A DNA stretch of 64,000 nt from Nemertoderma westbladi. Its lineage: Eukaryota; Animalia; Xenacoelomorpha. The translations under genes were made by a program, and so were the position numbers. This document shows, in pieces, positions 38,801 through 52,085 of the stretch (its first letter is position 1; each line of letters starts with the position of its first letter). Below the pieces are notes generated by a model that saw only the letters and a program-made list of their open reading frames with translations, was not told the origin of the DNA and ran no database searches. The stretch spans positions 24,846-88,845 of the forward strand of contig JAUCBJ010007160.1 of NCBI GenBank assembly GCA_032718475.1, in the 5' to 3' direction.

Positions 38801-40091
38801 TGTTCGCGCTTTCAGACCTTTGGCAGTTTAACCCACCAAATTAAGATGTCTTCTAGATATTAAATCTGTTTTTTAGTCTATGACAAGTTTTTGATTCACT
38901 ACACTAGTCGAAACCAATCCGTGCGCGACCATTCACCCGCTGGATATTCCCGGGAGATTGGGTTCGACGGTTTAATTTTATTGCTATGTAAGCCTAATGT
39001 ATTATTCGACTGACAGTACTATATAATCTCTGACAATATTATTCACCTTCGGTAATATTAACAGTTCCTTTAGGACGTGGCGCTTTATCTATATAAACAG
39101 AGTTATGACTTAAACTACTCACAACGATATGGCTTAATTATAATTCACATATATGGCGCATTCTTTAGGAATTGCTTCTTTAACAGACTCACTCATACAC
39201 CATGCTGCACAATACTGCACACTAATCTGCCAATCTTCACTGATTTTAGTCACATATAAAAGGAACACAGGCTGACTCATGTAGGGTCTATCAAATAACA
39301 TTAGATTCACTTCAAACCACTTTAACATAAGTCACAATCGTTTATCTGTAACCCTTCTCTCTTACCTTCGGTATATCAAGAATATTGGGTTTCGGGGTTG
39401 TTTATCGTTATTCCAAATATAATAATTCATCAACCATATTATGAAGAACTGACGGTAAATAGCAGTATAAAACAACAATGAAAACACTGATTGCTATGAG
39501 TTTGCAATGTTTCAGCAGTCAGCATGTATGATCAGTTAGCAGTGATTCCATGAGTTTGATCGGTATTTTAGTACCGGTATGTCAGCAGCGGTATGTCAGC
39601 AGGTAGTCGTTTGTTAAAGGATATATGCCCTTTATAATTAAACCTACCAGTGTACGACTAAAAAACAGTACAGCACAAAATACTTCCAAGCCGTTCTTTC
39701 TTTGGCTCAGGACTGAATGTAAACACTGCACATAGGCATTGCGTCATTTCTCGGAAATTTTCTGTACAAGGAGCCACAAAACGCTCTAATTGGCTGACTG
39801 AACTGAGAGACGCCGTAGAACAAAGGAAATCAACACGTATGAATGTCAGCTGTTAACCGTAGTCATAGTAACTACTGTTCAAGAGTAGCTATCACCCCTT
39901 TGCGTCACGAATTGCCATAGAATCATAAAATATGCCTTTCACAGTACACATACGGAGGAAATAGGTCTTAGATCCTCTAAAAACACCGATACAGCAATAA
40001 TACGGTCTCTTACACTTATTAAATCAACTACAGAGTATTTTAATGTAAAAGATAATAAAAATAACGGGGCAATTCAGCAAAGGCTTTTACA
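38801..40091 (-). repeat. 3' LTR of BEL copy B
   Basis: Near-identical to 52086-53376 (one difference seen by eye) and preceded on the minus strand by the PPT. Confidence 0.95.
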
Positions 40092-41455
40092 CCGCTCCCA
40101 GAAAATGGGATTTTCAGTCTATAAAATATAAAAATCACAGTTTCTAAAACATAAAGATACTCTAAACAGTTAGTCTTTCTTACGCAGACGGCGTTTACGC
40201 AGTTTTTTGAGGCTAGCAAGAGTCCTTTTCTCTTTGGGGGGAGCCACTTTACTAGGAGGGCCATAACTCCTGGGTGAAGGGTGCAATATGATTGCATCAG
40301 AAGGTGTAGGATTGTGGTCGAGGTATCTGCCGTTTCGATATGCTTCTCCTCGAGCTGATTTTCCTCCGCTCGTAGCTGGATACGTTCATCCAAAAACTCT
40401 CGCAGAGAATAGGATCGTCCAAGTTCGATAACTTCTTAGAGATTCTGGATTTCCCAATCGAATTGAGATAAGGCCAATTCGTTTATCGATTGGACTTACT
40501 GTTATAACTTACGTTTATCTGAACAAGCGCAGGTTTCCTTTTTGATCTTTATAAAATAGCGTTTAACTCGTTTCGTACAACGCTCTCCTTCACCTTGATG
40601 AGGGGTTGTATCGCGTTAAACGTGGACGACCATACGGTTGGATAGTGATATTAGGTGTCCGCGTCACAATCCGGCTAGGTAAGATGGGCGGCTAGCTAGA
40701 AATCACTGTCGGAGTGTCACCGATTAATTGTTAGGGTAGCACTAGATCTTTGAACAGTGAATACAGTCCGCGAGGATCCGCGACACCACCAAGATCGCAG
40801 GTCTGAGGTCCAACTAAGGAATGAGGAGGTTTGACCGAGTATTCCGGGACTCTGATCGTAGGTTTACTCCAGGATCGTTCGAGCCGAGTGAGCATGGGTG
40901 ATACGTCAACAAGTTTCGGTTTACGTGGATGTTTATGTCTTTCCGTTTATTAGTTGGGTCTAGGGCATTTATCGTAATAATACCAAAGACGCACGTCTGG
41001 TAGGGTAAACGCGGGTGATATTTATTTGTTGTTACAATGCTTCTATCAAGAATTCCAAATATACGTTGGAGTTACCGCGTTTATTTGTTTCTTTAATGTC
41101 TTTTCTTTCGAGCCGATTTCGAATAGAATTTTCGCATTCGAATTTCCGTTTATGGTTCCGACTCCGCTGGGCAGGATATATAGTCGACATAGTCCGTATT
41201 GTGTAAATCGATAGGATGACCAGTAGTTAAGAAGCCCATATACATACCATTACGCCGCGTATATCGAGCAGCGAATTTTCTATAGTCTAACTCACGCGAG
41301 AGCTGCACTTGGGACATTGTCGGTTAGATATAACGACCATCGTCCTCCGCAGCAGTTAGACTAACGTCACCGCGTATTAAGCTATCAACAAACGCTTGCA
41401 AAAGTAGAGTATATCGCTCCCCGATACCAAGATCATCTTCTATCAACTCAACCAT
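40092..41455 (-). pseudogene. Decayed accessory ORF region of BEL copy B
   Basis: MVELIEDDLGIGERY...YMGFLTTGHPIDL matches the copy A ORF but has internal stops. A further open piece lies at 40393-40092. Confidence 0.45.
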
Positions 41456-43112
41456 ATCTGCTATATGAGTTTATCCATATTATAATGAGTTTATATTCAG
41501 GCTAGCGAGCGTCGCTGCCTACTCCAATTAACCCCCGGACAGTACGAGATCCTCAGCGCCGATGTGTCGTCGCCGCTGTACTTTCGCCAACGACGTAGCC
41601 GCACAACGACAACGACAACCGGCACAAGTCACTCGACTGTCCGTCCCAAAGGCTTAGATGTACTTCAGGTTTTCCTTGGAGAGTTAGGTTACTTTTACGA
41701 TTGCGACTAGCTACTGTAAACACACCTTAGTAGTAACATTCGCCTATAAACTCACAAGTACCACACACACAACTTGTCACAAATTACACACACTCGGGTC
41801 ACTTGTCCGTTAGTCAATGCCTTCCAGAATGTCACTGTATTATTATGTATCCTTGGATACTATCAGTGCACTATTTATTCCCTATGCTATTCAATGGGAC
41901 AAGCTTTCTATTGTTCTTTTAACTCAATTCTAATTCTAGCGTGGTTGTTGCTATGGTGACATTATGCAAAGCTAGCGGTAGAATTAGAGCAATTCCAATG
42001 CATACAGATCTGGGATGTTATTTAATAGTATTCTTTAATAGTCAATGTTCTGTTTTATACATGACTTTATGAATTTTATCGGCTATTGACTATGTTTGGG
42101 AGACTTTCGCACACTCATACACATAATAAGATAAATCTCCGCTCCCTTGATCTATTAATTAATGGAATTTTGGGAATGTTATAAATTGCGTAAAAATGGC
42201 AATTTATTAAATTCATTAAAAGGCATGAATTTAAATTTATTCCCTGAAATTTTATTATTTGATAATTAAATGGACATATTTTGATTCTAGAACTTGTCTA
42301 GGGACACAAGATCCTTAATTCTAAGAAAATTGTCTCTTTAAGAATATCGGTAAATGCTACGATATCTTAATTGACTAGAATTGTTGAAGGATCTGAATTT
42401 TACAGATTTTGACTTATTTGATTTGTAAATATTAACTAATTAATATTTGAGATGGGCACCGATTTATTCCAGAACTTGTCTGGGGACGTTAACCTCTGAT
42501 TCTATAATTTGTCTTTCAAGTATATCGGTGGGTGCCGCGATATCTTAATCGACTAGAATTACAGATGGTCAAAGGGTTTAACAGATTTATTTTGCGTTAT
42601 ACGCTACTGTTAAATGGACATCACGCTACTATATGTATTATTTAATATACGGTATGAGAGCAATATCGCACGAAGCAATGTCAGTGTGAAGAGGCAAGTC
42701 GTTTCCAAGGTCTACCCAGAGCTTGGTTTAGCCGAGACACGAGGATCTGAACTTTGCATTCCTAATACTCTGCCTACCAATAATACTTAAATATAGTAGT
42801 GGCTTTATTGTACTTTAATAAGTACGGACATTTCATCTTACTGTAGTTACGTATTTGTAATGTAATACGGACGGTAAGGAAAGAAAAAAAAAGAATTATT
42901 TCTTGCCGTCGCATTAAATATAATATATACGTAATTAAGTAATAAACGCGAATATATATTGCACTAATCTACTAAATAATCGCTAAAATAACATTCTACT
43001 GAATAAAATTAAAGAAAACGATTATAATAGAATTACATAGTAATACATACATAAATATAAAAATAATAAAATAATATAAAATAATAGAGTCACACACCCA
43101 CCCCATATGTTG

Positions 43113-46100
43113 TTACGTTATGGAGTCCCTAGATGTTTGAAGGATTAGGGAGGTGGTCGTGGGAAGAGAATCTTGCCTTCCACAGTTTCCGGAGAGTCCT
43201 CCATTCCCTTCCGATAAACACAAACGACCGACTGGGTGATTGAGTAGCTGCATCCTGAATACAATTCCAGGTTTCCTCTTCGTCCTGGAATAGTGACGAT
43301 AGAAACATCGCTCAAAGTATATGACGGCGTCACAAAGCCGATTCCAGGAGCTATAGTGGTCCGTCGCTCTCTGCAGGAGAGGTGAGAGTCCCTGCGAGAC
43401 GTCTGATGTTCCAGAGCTCCAATCGCTCTCTCTGATCTTCATGAAGGATCCACTCGCGGAGGGGAGGCCCAGATCCACTGCGTCGTCCCTGGCAACATGT
43501 AATACCGACAGATCTATCCCGGGTTCAAATAACTCCGCTCCACCCGTCCGGGTTTCAGGTTCGACTTTCTCCGCTCCCTTGGCTGGTCTAATCTCAGTCG
43601 GAGTAAGATGGGGAGGCCATTCATTCTCCTTACTCAGGAAGTCGGGTTCACCTAATCGGTCTGTAGTATCTGTCAGTTCTTGAGGAGTTGCTCCTCTGGA
43701 AGCGATGTCCGTTGGATTAAACTTCTTGGGGCAATATCTCCATTGATCTACATTGGAGCTAAGATTGTCATTATCTGAGGAGTGTGGTGTTCCCTCAGTT
43801 GGGTCGTCTCCCTCACTAGTATCATCTTCCCATTCACTCATCTGGCAGACGCGATCTTGAAGCAGTCTTTCCCTGAGCGTTCTACCGGAAGGTCCAGTAA
43901 GGTACCAACCTACTCTAGTTCTTACCGCATAGGTCTGTAGTGGCTGCGGTTGAGCAGGCCGTTTCTCTAATGTCTCCAGCGCCTCATGCGCGTTTTGGCC
44001 GATGAGTATTTGCACTCCAGGATAATCAGTCTGGAATCGAGGTATGTTAAGATGTTGGATGCTCTCATCCTCGTCCCAATTATAAAGGTCTGCTTGAGTA
44101 GTAGCGAAGTTCTTTATAGCCACCATTTTCACTGACCTGATGCTATGTTCTCCTAGTTCGTCCTGGGGGGTGGACAACTCACCTATATAATAGTCGGCAG
44201 CTACAGTAGAATTCCAAACCTGCATGATCCCTGACATGTTTAGCATGGTTCGGAACTTGGGTTGTCCAGCAAAGATGACTTCGGCTAGTTCTTTATCGAT
44301 GAATGTTCCTGTGCTACCGGAGTCCAGGAGGGCGTTCACTATATAGCTCTTCTGAGGTCCGTAGACCCGTAACTGGACTACAGGAAATTCTCGGATTCCT
44401 ATATTGGAAGTTGGCGCTTTCCAAGATGGTTGTTGATCGGAAGTAGTTAAGGTAAGGTCGCTGTCTGTGTCTTTCTCATACACGAGTGCTCGATACACTG
44501 CGGTGGTGTTTATTAGGTAACAGGATTCGTTTTGGTCGGAGAACTCGTCCGTATAGAATCCTTCCATCTCAGATTGATCAGTGTCGTTCACATCACTGAA
44601 TTGGACATGTAGTTCGGACTCACTTACCTGACTCGGGCTGTTTCGTTCGAATTCCGTGTGCAACAAGATATGATGTTTTGCGCCGCACTTCGCACACCTT
44701 GCGTCGGAGTTACAGGTTCGCCGTTGGTGTCCTCGTCTGAGACAATTATAACACAACCGCTTATCCCACATGACTTCACGTCTATCCTTTAGTGATTTCC
44801 TCAGGAATTTATCACACGCATTTAAACGGTGGGGCCCGTCGCACAGCACACATTTGGGCTTGATGTTACTTACTTTAACCTGTGCTATGTGGTGCACACT
44901 TGTTCTTTCCTCGGGCTTTCTCACCTGAATTCTTTTAGGAGACGTAGGAGGGGTTTTTTGTACCGGTTCCCTTCTGTCATTGGGTCGAGACTTGGATTTA
45001 CTTACCTGATCTTTAGGCATTTTATTGACATAAGATCTGTCAGTGTCTTTCCCGCTGTCCTCTCCTTGAGAAGTTTGGCTTTCACCGTCGTCGGTATAAC
45101 ATACTGGTATTACCCTTCTCCTAGAAACGGGTTTCTCACTTACCTTGTTTTCCAATGTCTTCTCTCTGGACTGCCTTAGGAGCTGTAATTTCACTTCTCC
45201 ATCTAAGAATGACATGAGATCAGCCATGGTAGGGTCTCGTCGTTGTTGTTCCATCATATATAACACTTTCTTATCCCAGCGTGTACCTACTCCACCCTTC
45301 GGTAAAGTAGAAGCCACTGCTCTAATAACCATAGCACTCTGATACTCATGAGACTTACCTAGCCAATCTAATTGTCTGCAGATCTCCTGAATTTCATCGG
45401 AAAACTCTATAATCCCGCTGCTAATAAACTTTCGGGGCGCTACCAACTTTGCATACAAATACCCAGCTATGTTATTCCTATTACCATACCTGATGTTTAG
45501 TGTATCCCAAACTTGTCTTAATCCGTCTGGATGTCCAATAAACCTTAACGCCATTAACTTGGGAGATCCTTCCAAGCACTCGATGAGGTATCTAAGTTTT
45601 TCTCCATTAGATAGTACAGAGTTCTGTATGTTATCTTTGTAATATTCATTAAAAGGTAACCATTTCATCTCATCTCCATTGAACTTGACGATCTCTCCAA
45701 CCTTTACCGCTTGCCGGGCTTCGGTTCTAGCCATTTGACGCGTAAAACTTTCTTGGGCCATCGTGCTATTTAATATCGAGTTATCGGTATATAAATTTCT
45801 CGGATTATGATCAGCTCTATAGGGAATATCATTATCAACAGGTCTATAATTACCCTTAATAGGGTTCACTATAGGAGTTTCTACTTCGCTAGCAGTATAT
45901 ATGCGTGTAGGCTCCACACCTTGCGCATGCAATACTTCAGACCTAACGGGTTGACACATTGTTACAGAGGGTGGTGGTATACCTCTTTGAGTATTTACTA
46001 ATTTATCGCGCTCTAGCGCGATACTTTGCTGCACTTCTTGCAACTCTAGTCTACTTTCCCTTACTGTGCCCTTGAATTGCTGGACAGTCTCCTGCATCTG

Positions 46101-46602
46101 CCCGAGCAGGATATCCATCCCCCGCCGTCTCTCGTCCACCCATTCGACCGCCGAAGCGGGAGTCGCCAACGTTGTAGCGGGCGGACGAGGGACAACGGGC
46201 GACAAATTGTGAATATTTCGCTCGGGGTCCAGGACCTGAACTGTCTCTTGGGCAGTTCTGCGGGGCACAGGTAGCTTAGTGCTATGCAGAGGGAATTTAG
46301 AGGTAGTTTCAGGGAGCACATGTGTGTCTATCACCGAAGGGGTGATTTCAAGAACAGGCCTAATTATTTCAGGCTCATCTACTATAGTAGGGAGTCTTTC
46401 TATTTTAATTATTTGGTCTGTGGGCTCTGTACTACCTAAGTTAGTGTTATTTAGTTGCCTTCTAACAGCTGGAGGCAAATCAGGCAATTTCTGCCGGTGG
46501 AATGTTCTTTTACGTCTGCTTAGGCGAGATCGATTTCTTCCGCCTTCAGTGTCGGTGGTATCGCCTTCCTCAGATGAGGTATACCCTTGTCTTTTGGGAG
46601 TA
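43113..46602 (-). CDS. gag: BEL/Pao Gag-protease polyprotein, main part (capsid, three CCHC knuckles, DSG protease, RNase H tail)
   Basis: Open ORF with CVLCDGPHRLNAC, CYNCLRRGHQRRTC, CAKCGAKHHILLH, ALLDSGS and NPTDIASRG. Confidence 0.9.
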
Positions 46603-49289
46603 CAGTTAGGTACAATGGCCAAATCTGGCAATGATTGTGATTGCCATATTTGGCAACCAAGCAAAATCTGGCAACATTTCTGATTGCCTGATTTGGCAAC
46701 TATATAAAGCCGTTGTTGCCATATTTGGCAACTTAACTAACTCATTGAATATGGCTGTATGGCTTATATGGGATATGGTTCTGCGTCATTAAGTCCTTCT
46801 ATGGCAGTATGTATGGTCATTCCTAAGATCCTGAAATGTTAATGTTAGGCCTAGAAAAAAGGGATAGGGCCTGGGGCGGTATTCATAGAGTTAGTATTAG
46901 TTACAGCTACTTAGTGACAGCTTTTAGTAAGAGCTGCAACTATGTTTAGTAAGAGCTATCTGTTACTAAAAACAACTGATTTTAGTAAGAGCATTGACTT
47001 AACTTAGTTTCAACTAGCCCTTAAAAAATATCGGCATTCATAAACTGTTACTAAACTTAGTTCTAGCCTATTAGTATCAGTGCCGGTACTTTAACTTATG
47101 TTTATCAAAAATCTTGGAGTTTCAACTTTAAGGACGGTAGCTATGCCCTGCATGTCTCTATATGTACTGTTGTACTTGTATTGATACTACTGTAGCCTGT
47201 ATTAAACCCATTAATTTTATTGGTCACTAAAACAATTCCTGTTTTTCAGTAAATTTTTTCGTTATCAAATATATAATTCCTCCACTCAATTTAATTATCA
47301 CTAAAATATATTTTTGAATCATCAAAAATAAATCTGTTACGGCCTGTTGTAATAAAATCCCTTTATTATTTAGATTAGAATAACGTGGCACTGTAACCGG
47401 CCCTTTCCCACATTTTAGCAATAATTTATAATTAATAGATTTAATGTTAATTAATAGATTTTAGAGGAAACTGAATATTTTAGTGATTTCCTGTTATAAT
47501 TTTAGTGAAAAATTAGTATTTTTAGTAAGGCGATAAATCAATTGGCTACCATTATCGAATACCATTATTTACATTCGGTAATAGAGAGGAAAATAATTAA
47601 GATGGACGCTACCGCTTTTTCATCTTGCGAAAGTTCGCGAATGGTAGAATTCTTTAGCGAAACACATTTTCCAACGGACGCGGACCGTTCGGGAGCAATC
47701 TCACCATTCAAGAATGTAAGCTGATATTTGGAAATTTAAGTCGGATATATGTTTATAAAAACAAAAAGCTTTATGTCGTTACATTTGACAGTTTCTCTGC
47801 AACAACACATTTGCAATGAACAGAGAATGCTAGAAAAACAAGAGAGAGTATAATGTGGCTGGTGTCGTCAGTAACATAATAACCATACTGTTTGTATGAA
47901 GGCCAATATACAATAAGTAAGCTTTCTTACCAACTTAGTCATATCTTCATGTGACTAGAAATTTAAGTTACAGCTAATACTAACTTAAGTAAGACTAAAT
48001 TCTATGAATACGAGTTTAACAACAACTAGTACTAAATACGTTAGTAATAAGTCGCACCAACTTCTCTGAATACCGAATTAGTACAAGCACTTACTAACTT
48101 GCTGTGACTAGGACTAAGTTCCTAGTTAGTCACATTTATGAATACCGCCCCAGGTTACAGGCTGACAGGTTATACTTATACCAGTAGTGGCATATTCTAA
48201 GTTCTAACCAATACAGCAATATATTCTAATAAATGAGGTGAGAATGAGAGTCAATAACACAAACACAGACTGACTGGTGATAGTTTATTTTTGCTAGTAA
48301 TCTCTGGCAGTCTGGCGCTGCTTGGGGAGGTGGTTGATTGTTGTTTGTACCAATAATAGTTTAGTAGTTAAAGATTATAACTGTGTAATGCTGATACAAT
48401 TGCCCAGCAATCTAAATCATCCTTCACTCTTATATCAGTTCAGTATATCTATCTTTCCATTCCTACATCAGTACATAACATAACATACAAACATATAATG
48501 AAAATAATTTCATCCCGTTTTTCATTAGGGCCTACTAGAAATAATTTGGTTGAATACCTTAACAAGCGTTTTGGTTTTCTCAGTCTTTCTAAATTTTGAC
48601 ACTATTTTTCTTCTGTCACGCCGTTTCTCAAACCCGTTTCTCAATGCCCCCTTGCCTTCTTGCTTCCTTTTGGTGATGTTCACGTTCTGACGTTGTCAAA
48701 TATTATTACGTTTATTTCCACTTCAGCCTTTGAAGCATGTGATTCTTTAGTTTTGTGTATGCCTATCTGCCTATACCATATACCAGTCTACCAGTACGGT
48801 ATCTGTTACAGACTCATCCATCTTTCCATTAATATATTAACAACATATCAAACAGTCAAATACATTCTGACATTTCATCAACTAATGTTTTGTTTATAAA
48901 TCATCACAACTCGACAAGGGTAAGCAAGCAGTAAGCAATTTTGAAGTAATTTATAATGACAGAGTTACTGACAGGGCTGCACAATGATAATTGTTGCCAA
49001 AAATGGCAACCATTATTTTTCTTTAATTCTAATGGTTGCCAAAAATGGCAATAATTATTTTAGGCACATTTCGGCCTATTGCTAAGAGAAATTCAGACGA
49101 TGATTTTTTTTCTTATACGGTGAATTATATTTAAATTTCGCGCTCTTTTCACTTACCTATTTACCAAAATGCGATTTTGCTTCTGGGCGTGCGAAAATTA
49201 GAAAAACCAAAAGTTGCCAGATTTGGCAATAAACATTGCCATATGTGGCAACTTTTGAAGTTGCCAGATTTGGCCATTGTACCTAACTG
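46603..49289. mobile_element. Non-autonomous DNA transposon with 29-bp perfect TIRs and a 5-bp TSD, inserted in gag
   Basis: cagttaggtacaatggccaaatctggcaa / ttgccagatttggccattgtacctaactg. GAGTA at 46598-46602 and 49290-49294. Copy A has the empty site. Confidence 0.9.
46874..48150. mobile_element. PIF/Harbinger-like non-autonomous element nested in the previous transposon
   Basis: TIRs gggcggtattcata / tatgaataccgccc, flanked by CTG and CAG. Confidence 0.7.
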
Positions 49290-49881
49290 GAGTAGATCGA
49301 CTCATCATCTGCATATTACTAGCTGCTAACTGTTTACTGAAGTCGTCTTGCTTCTCTTGAAGATTTTCCAACTCCAGTTGGATGATCTCTTCAGCCGCTT
49401 TTCGTTCTACTTCCGCCATTGCTGCCGCTTTTGCCTCTGCTGCTGCCGCTTTTGCCTCTGCCGCTGCCGCTTTTCGTTCTGCTTCCGCCACTGCTGCCGC
49501 TTTTGCCGCTGCCGCTGCCGCTTTTGCCTCTGCCGCTGCCGCTTTTCTTTCTGCCTCTGCCACTGCTGCTATCTTTCTGTCTTCTATACGCTTTTTCCTT
49601 ACTTGTTCTTCCCTTTCTCTAGCGATGCGGAGTTGTTCATCGAATTTAGCTTGGTTCGCCGCTAACCTATCCACATCAATCGCATCTAACACAAGTTTGG
49701 CTCCTTCGCTATTAGGGCTAAGTCCCTCTAGCCTTCTCCTCAACTCTTTATCTCCCACAAAACGCTGATAGTCTGACAGATAGATGTCAATGGCATCCCT
49801 CTTATGCGGTTTCTCTGCTGTCACTTCACTCTCGGTTGTATCTAGTAGACTGTCTGACAGGTTCTGCTTTGCGTCAGACAT
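49290..49881 (-). CDS. gag: BEL Gag N-terminus with Ala-rich helical repeats
   Basis: MSDAKQNLSDSLL... Removing the insertion and one TSD copy joins it in frame to 46597-43113 (4077 nt, 1358 aa). Confidence 0.85.
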
Positions 49882-52085
49882 GCTTATGTGTACAGTTGAA
49901 TGTCTACTGCCGTATTACAGTCTGAGCAAGTCTAGTAACTCAGTATTAACTGCTAGCCTAGTAATTAATTACCGATAATGCTACTCAGTGTAGCGTGATA
50001 TATATATAATATATTAGGATACCGGTATGCTTATAGTATATATAACTATTATTACAGACTAGGTTTATCACAGAATACCGGTATAATTTTAGCACAAATA
50101 TATATAAATATATAATAGGCCTATCGGAATACCGGTATACAGCTTACAGTTTGTAGGATATATAATTCTGAAATAGAATTAATTACAAGTACCGGTATAA
50201 TTTCAGCCTAGATTTATAGAAATAAAGATAATAGGCCTATCGTAAATACCGGTATATCAATTATTTTAGAATAATTGAATTTCTGAACTTTTAAGGGTTA
50301 CTTCGTTACTTTACTTACTTTATTACCGTTATTTGAGCAGTAATCCAACTGATATTGGGACCTAATGGTTGTATGGTAGGCCTACGATTTATAAATCGTT
50401 AGATTTGATTTATAATATATATATACCCGTTTTAGTGGGTTTTGTCAATGTTTGAAATAAATGTTATTATTTCTGGGGAGTAATCACTACACAAAGCGGT
50501 GCGCTTTCAATGAAGTGTTACTTATAAGACAATAAAACAAATAATACTAATTTACCTAAGTTACTTAATACTACTAATTACGTACAATTCGGGTGAGATT
50601 ACAATCTCTAAATAAACACAAAAATTTACAAAAACACAAATACGAATTTTTAGGGTAATTTTACAAGAAGTCTACAAACCAGCCTAACAAAGGGTTAGAT
50701 AACCGGTTATTACAACGGACAGAGTACTACGGTATTTGAAATAATAAGTAGTAGTAAATACACTGCGTTGTCTAGATAGGAAAATACCACCGCCTGACGA
50801 CCTATAGCCGTATCGCTATAGGTTCTACGTTATGTATCACGGAGTGTTCCTACCTAGAAGTTAATAGAGCTAATCGAATGTGCCTATCAACCACTTTACA
50901 ACACAAATATAATGCCTACAATAATTACTTCGGAAAGTACTGTACACTAAACCCTAAATTAGGTACGAGTACTTATACAACAGATAATCAGTAATTAAAT
51001 ATACTTGAACAGCTAAAAGAACCACGGCATCTGCTGGAGTGACCGATGCACAAAATCACCAGTCTTTACCTACGCCAAGCAGCCCGTGTAGTACCGGGGT
51101 TAATTTAACTATAACGGTATGTATAACAAACACAATTACTGTAGGAACAAACTTGGGGAATTGAATGTTGCGAATAATTGCATAAACTCTGAATAATAAA
51201 TATTACGCTACGCGTACAAACTACTCAAACAAAATACAGACCGAACACTGACAGACTACTATCAAGTCTAAACAAACTACGGTATATGCAGACTCCGAAA
51301 TGATTAGGGAGTATGCGCTCTAACCCAGTAGTGCGACTTATTCTTTAGTTGGGGGTTTACCTTACCGCATTGGCTGCCCCTACTGCCTAATCGTACTTAA
51401 TCGGACAGATGATCTACACACGCGGCAATCCGTTCAGACCTAATAACAGCCAGACAACTATCCAGCCTACAAATTATTTAAATAAAATTATACGCTACCC
51501 GTACAGACTTACACAAACAAAGTACAGACTAAACGATGGCAGACTACTCTCAAGCCTAAATAAACTACAGGACATGCAGACTCCGAAATGATTAGGGAGT
51601 ATGCGCTCTAACCCAGTAGTGCGACTTATTCTTTAGCTGGGGGATTACCTTACCGCATTGGCTGCCCCTACTTCCTAACCGTACTTAATCGGACAAGTGC
51701 TCTACACACACTGCAATTCGTTCGGACTTAACAGCAATCAGACAACAGCTCAGCCTACAAATTGTCTGTACAATCTGATCAGGTTTACACGCCTTCTGTT
51801 CAATACTGGCCTACAAACAAATAAAACTTGACAGAAATAAGTAAAATCTCAATAAAAAATCAGGGCGGCCGTTCCCTGATTAAGTACTAAGACCTACCGG
51901 TATACAACTATCAAAATCGAATAATACTGCTGTACCTGTACTGCTGTAGGTACCGGTCCGGGTGGTTAGGTAGTCAGGCCTACTGGTACCGGTTCTGGCA
52001 GTTGGGCCTACTGACCTACAGATGTACCGGTTGACCGGTACTTTTAACTTTATTGCTTACTGCAATAAGAAGCTATATCCTTTAA

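Noticed and set aside
39077-39328. Small ORFs repeated three times (also near 52362 and 58716)
   Set aside because: They recur only because they lie in the LTR. No coding signature.
38801-40091. Hammerhead ribozyme (retrozyme-like) in the non-autonomous LTR
   Set aside because: No CUGANGA...GAAA core with flanking stems was found by eye on either strand.
47602-47720. Possible exon MDATAFSSCESSRMVEFF...|gtaag
   Set aside because: It lies inside a Harbinger-like element, is short and has no partner exon. At most a transposon gene remnant.
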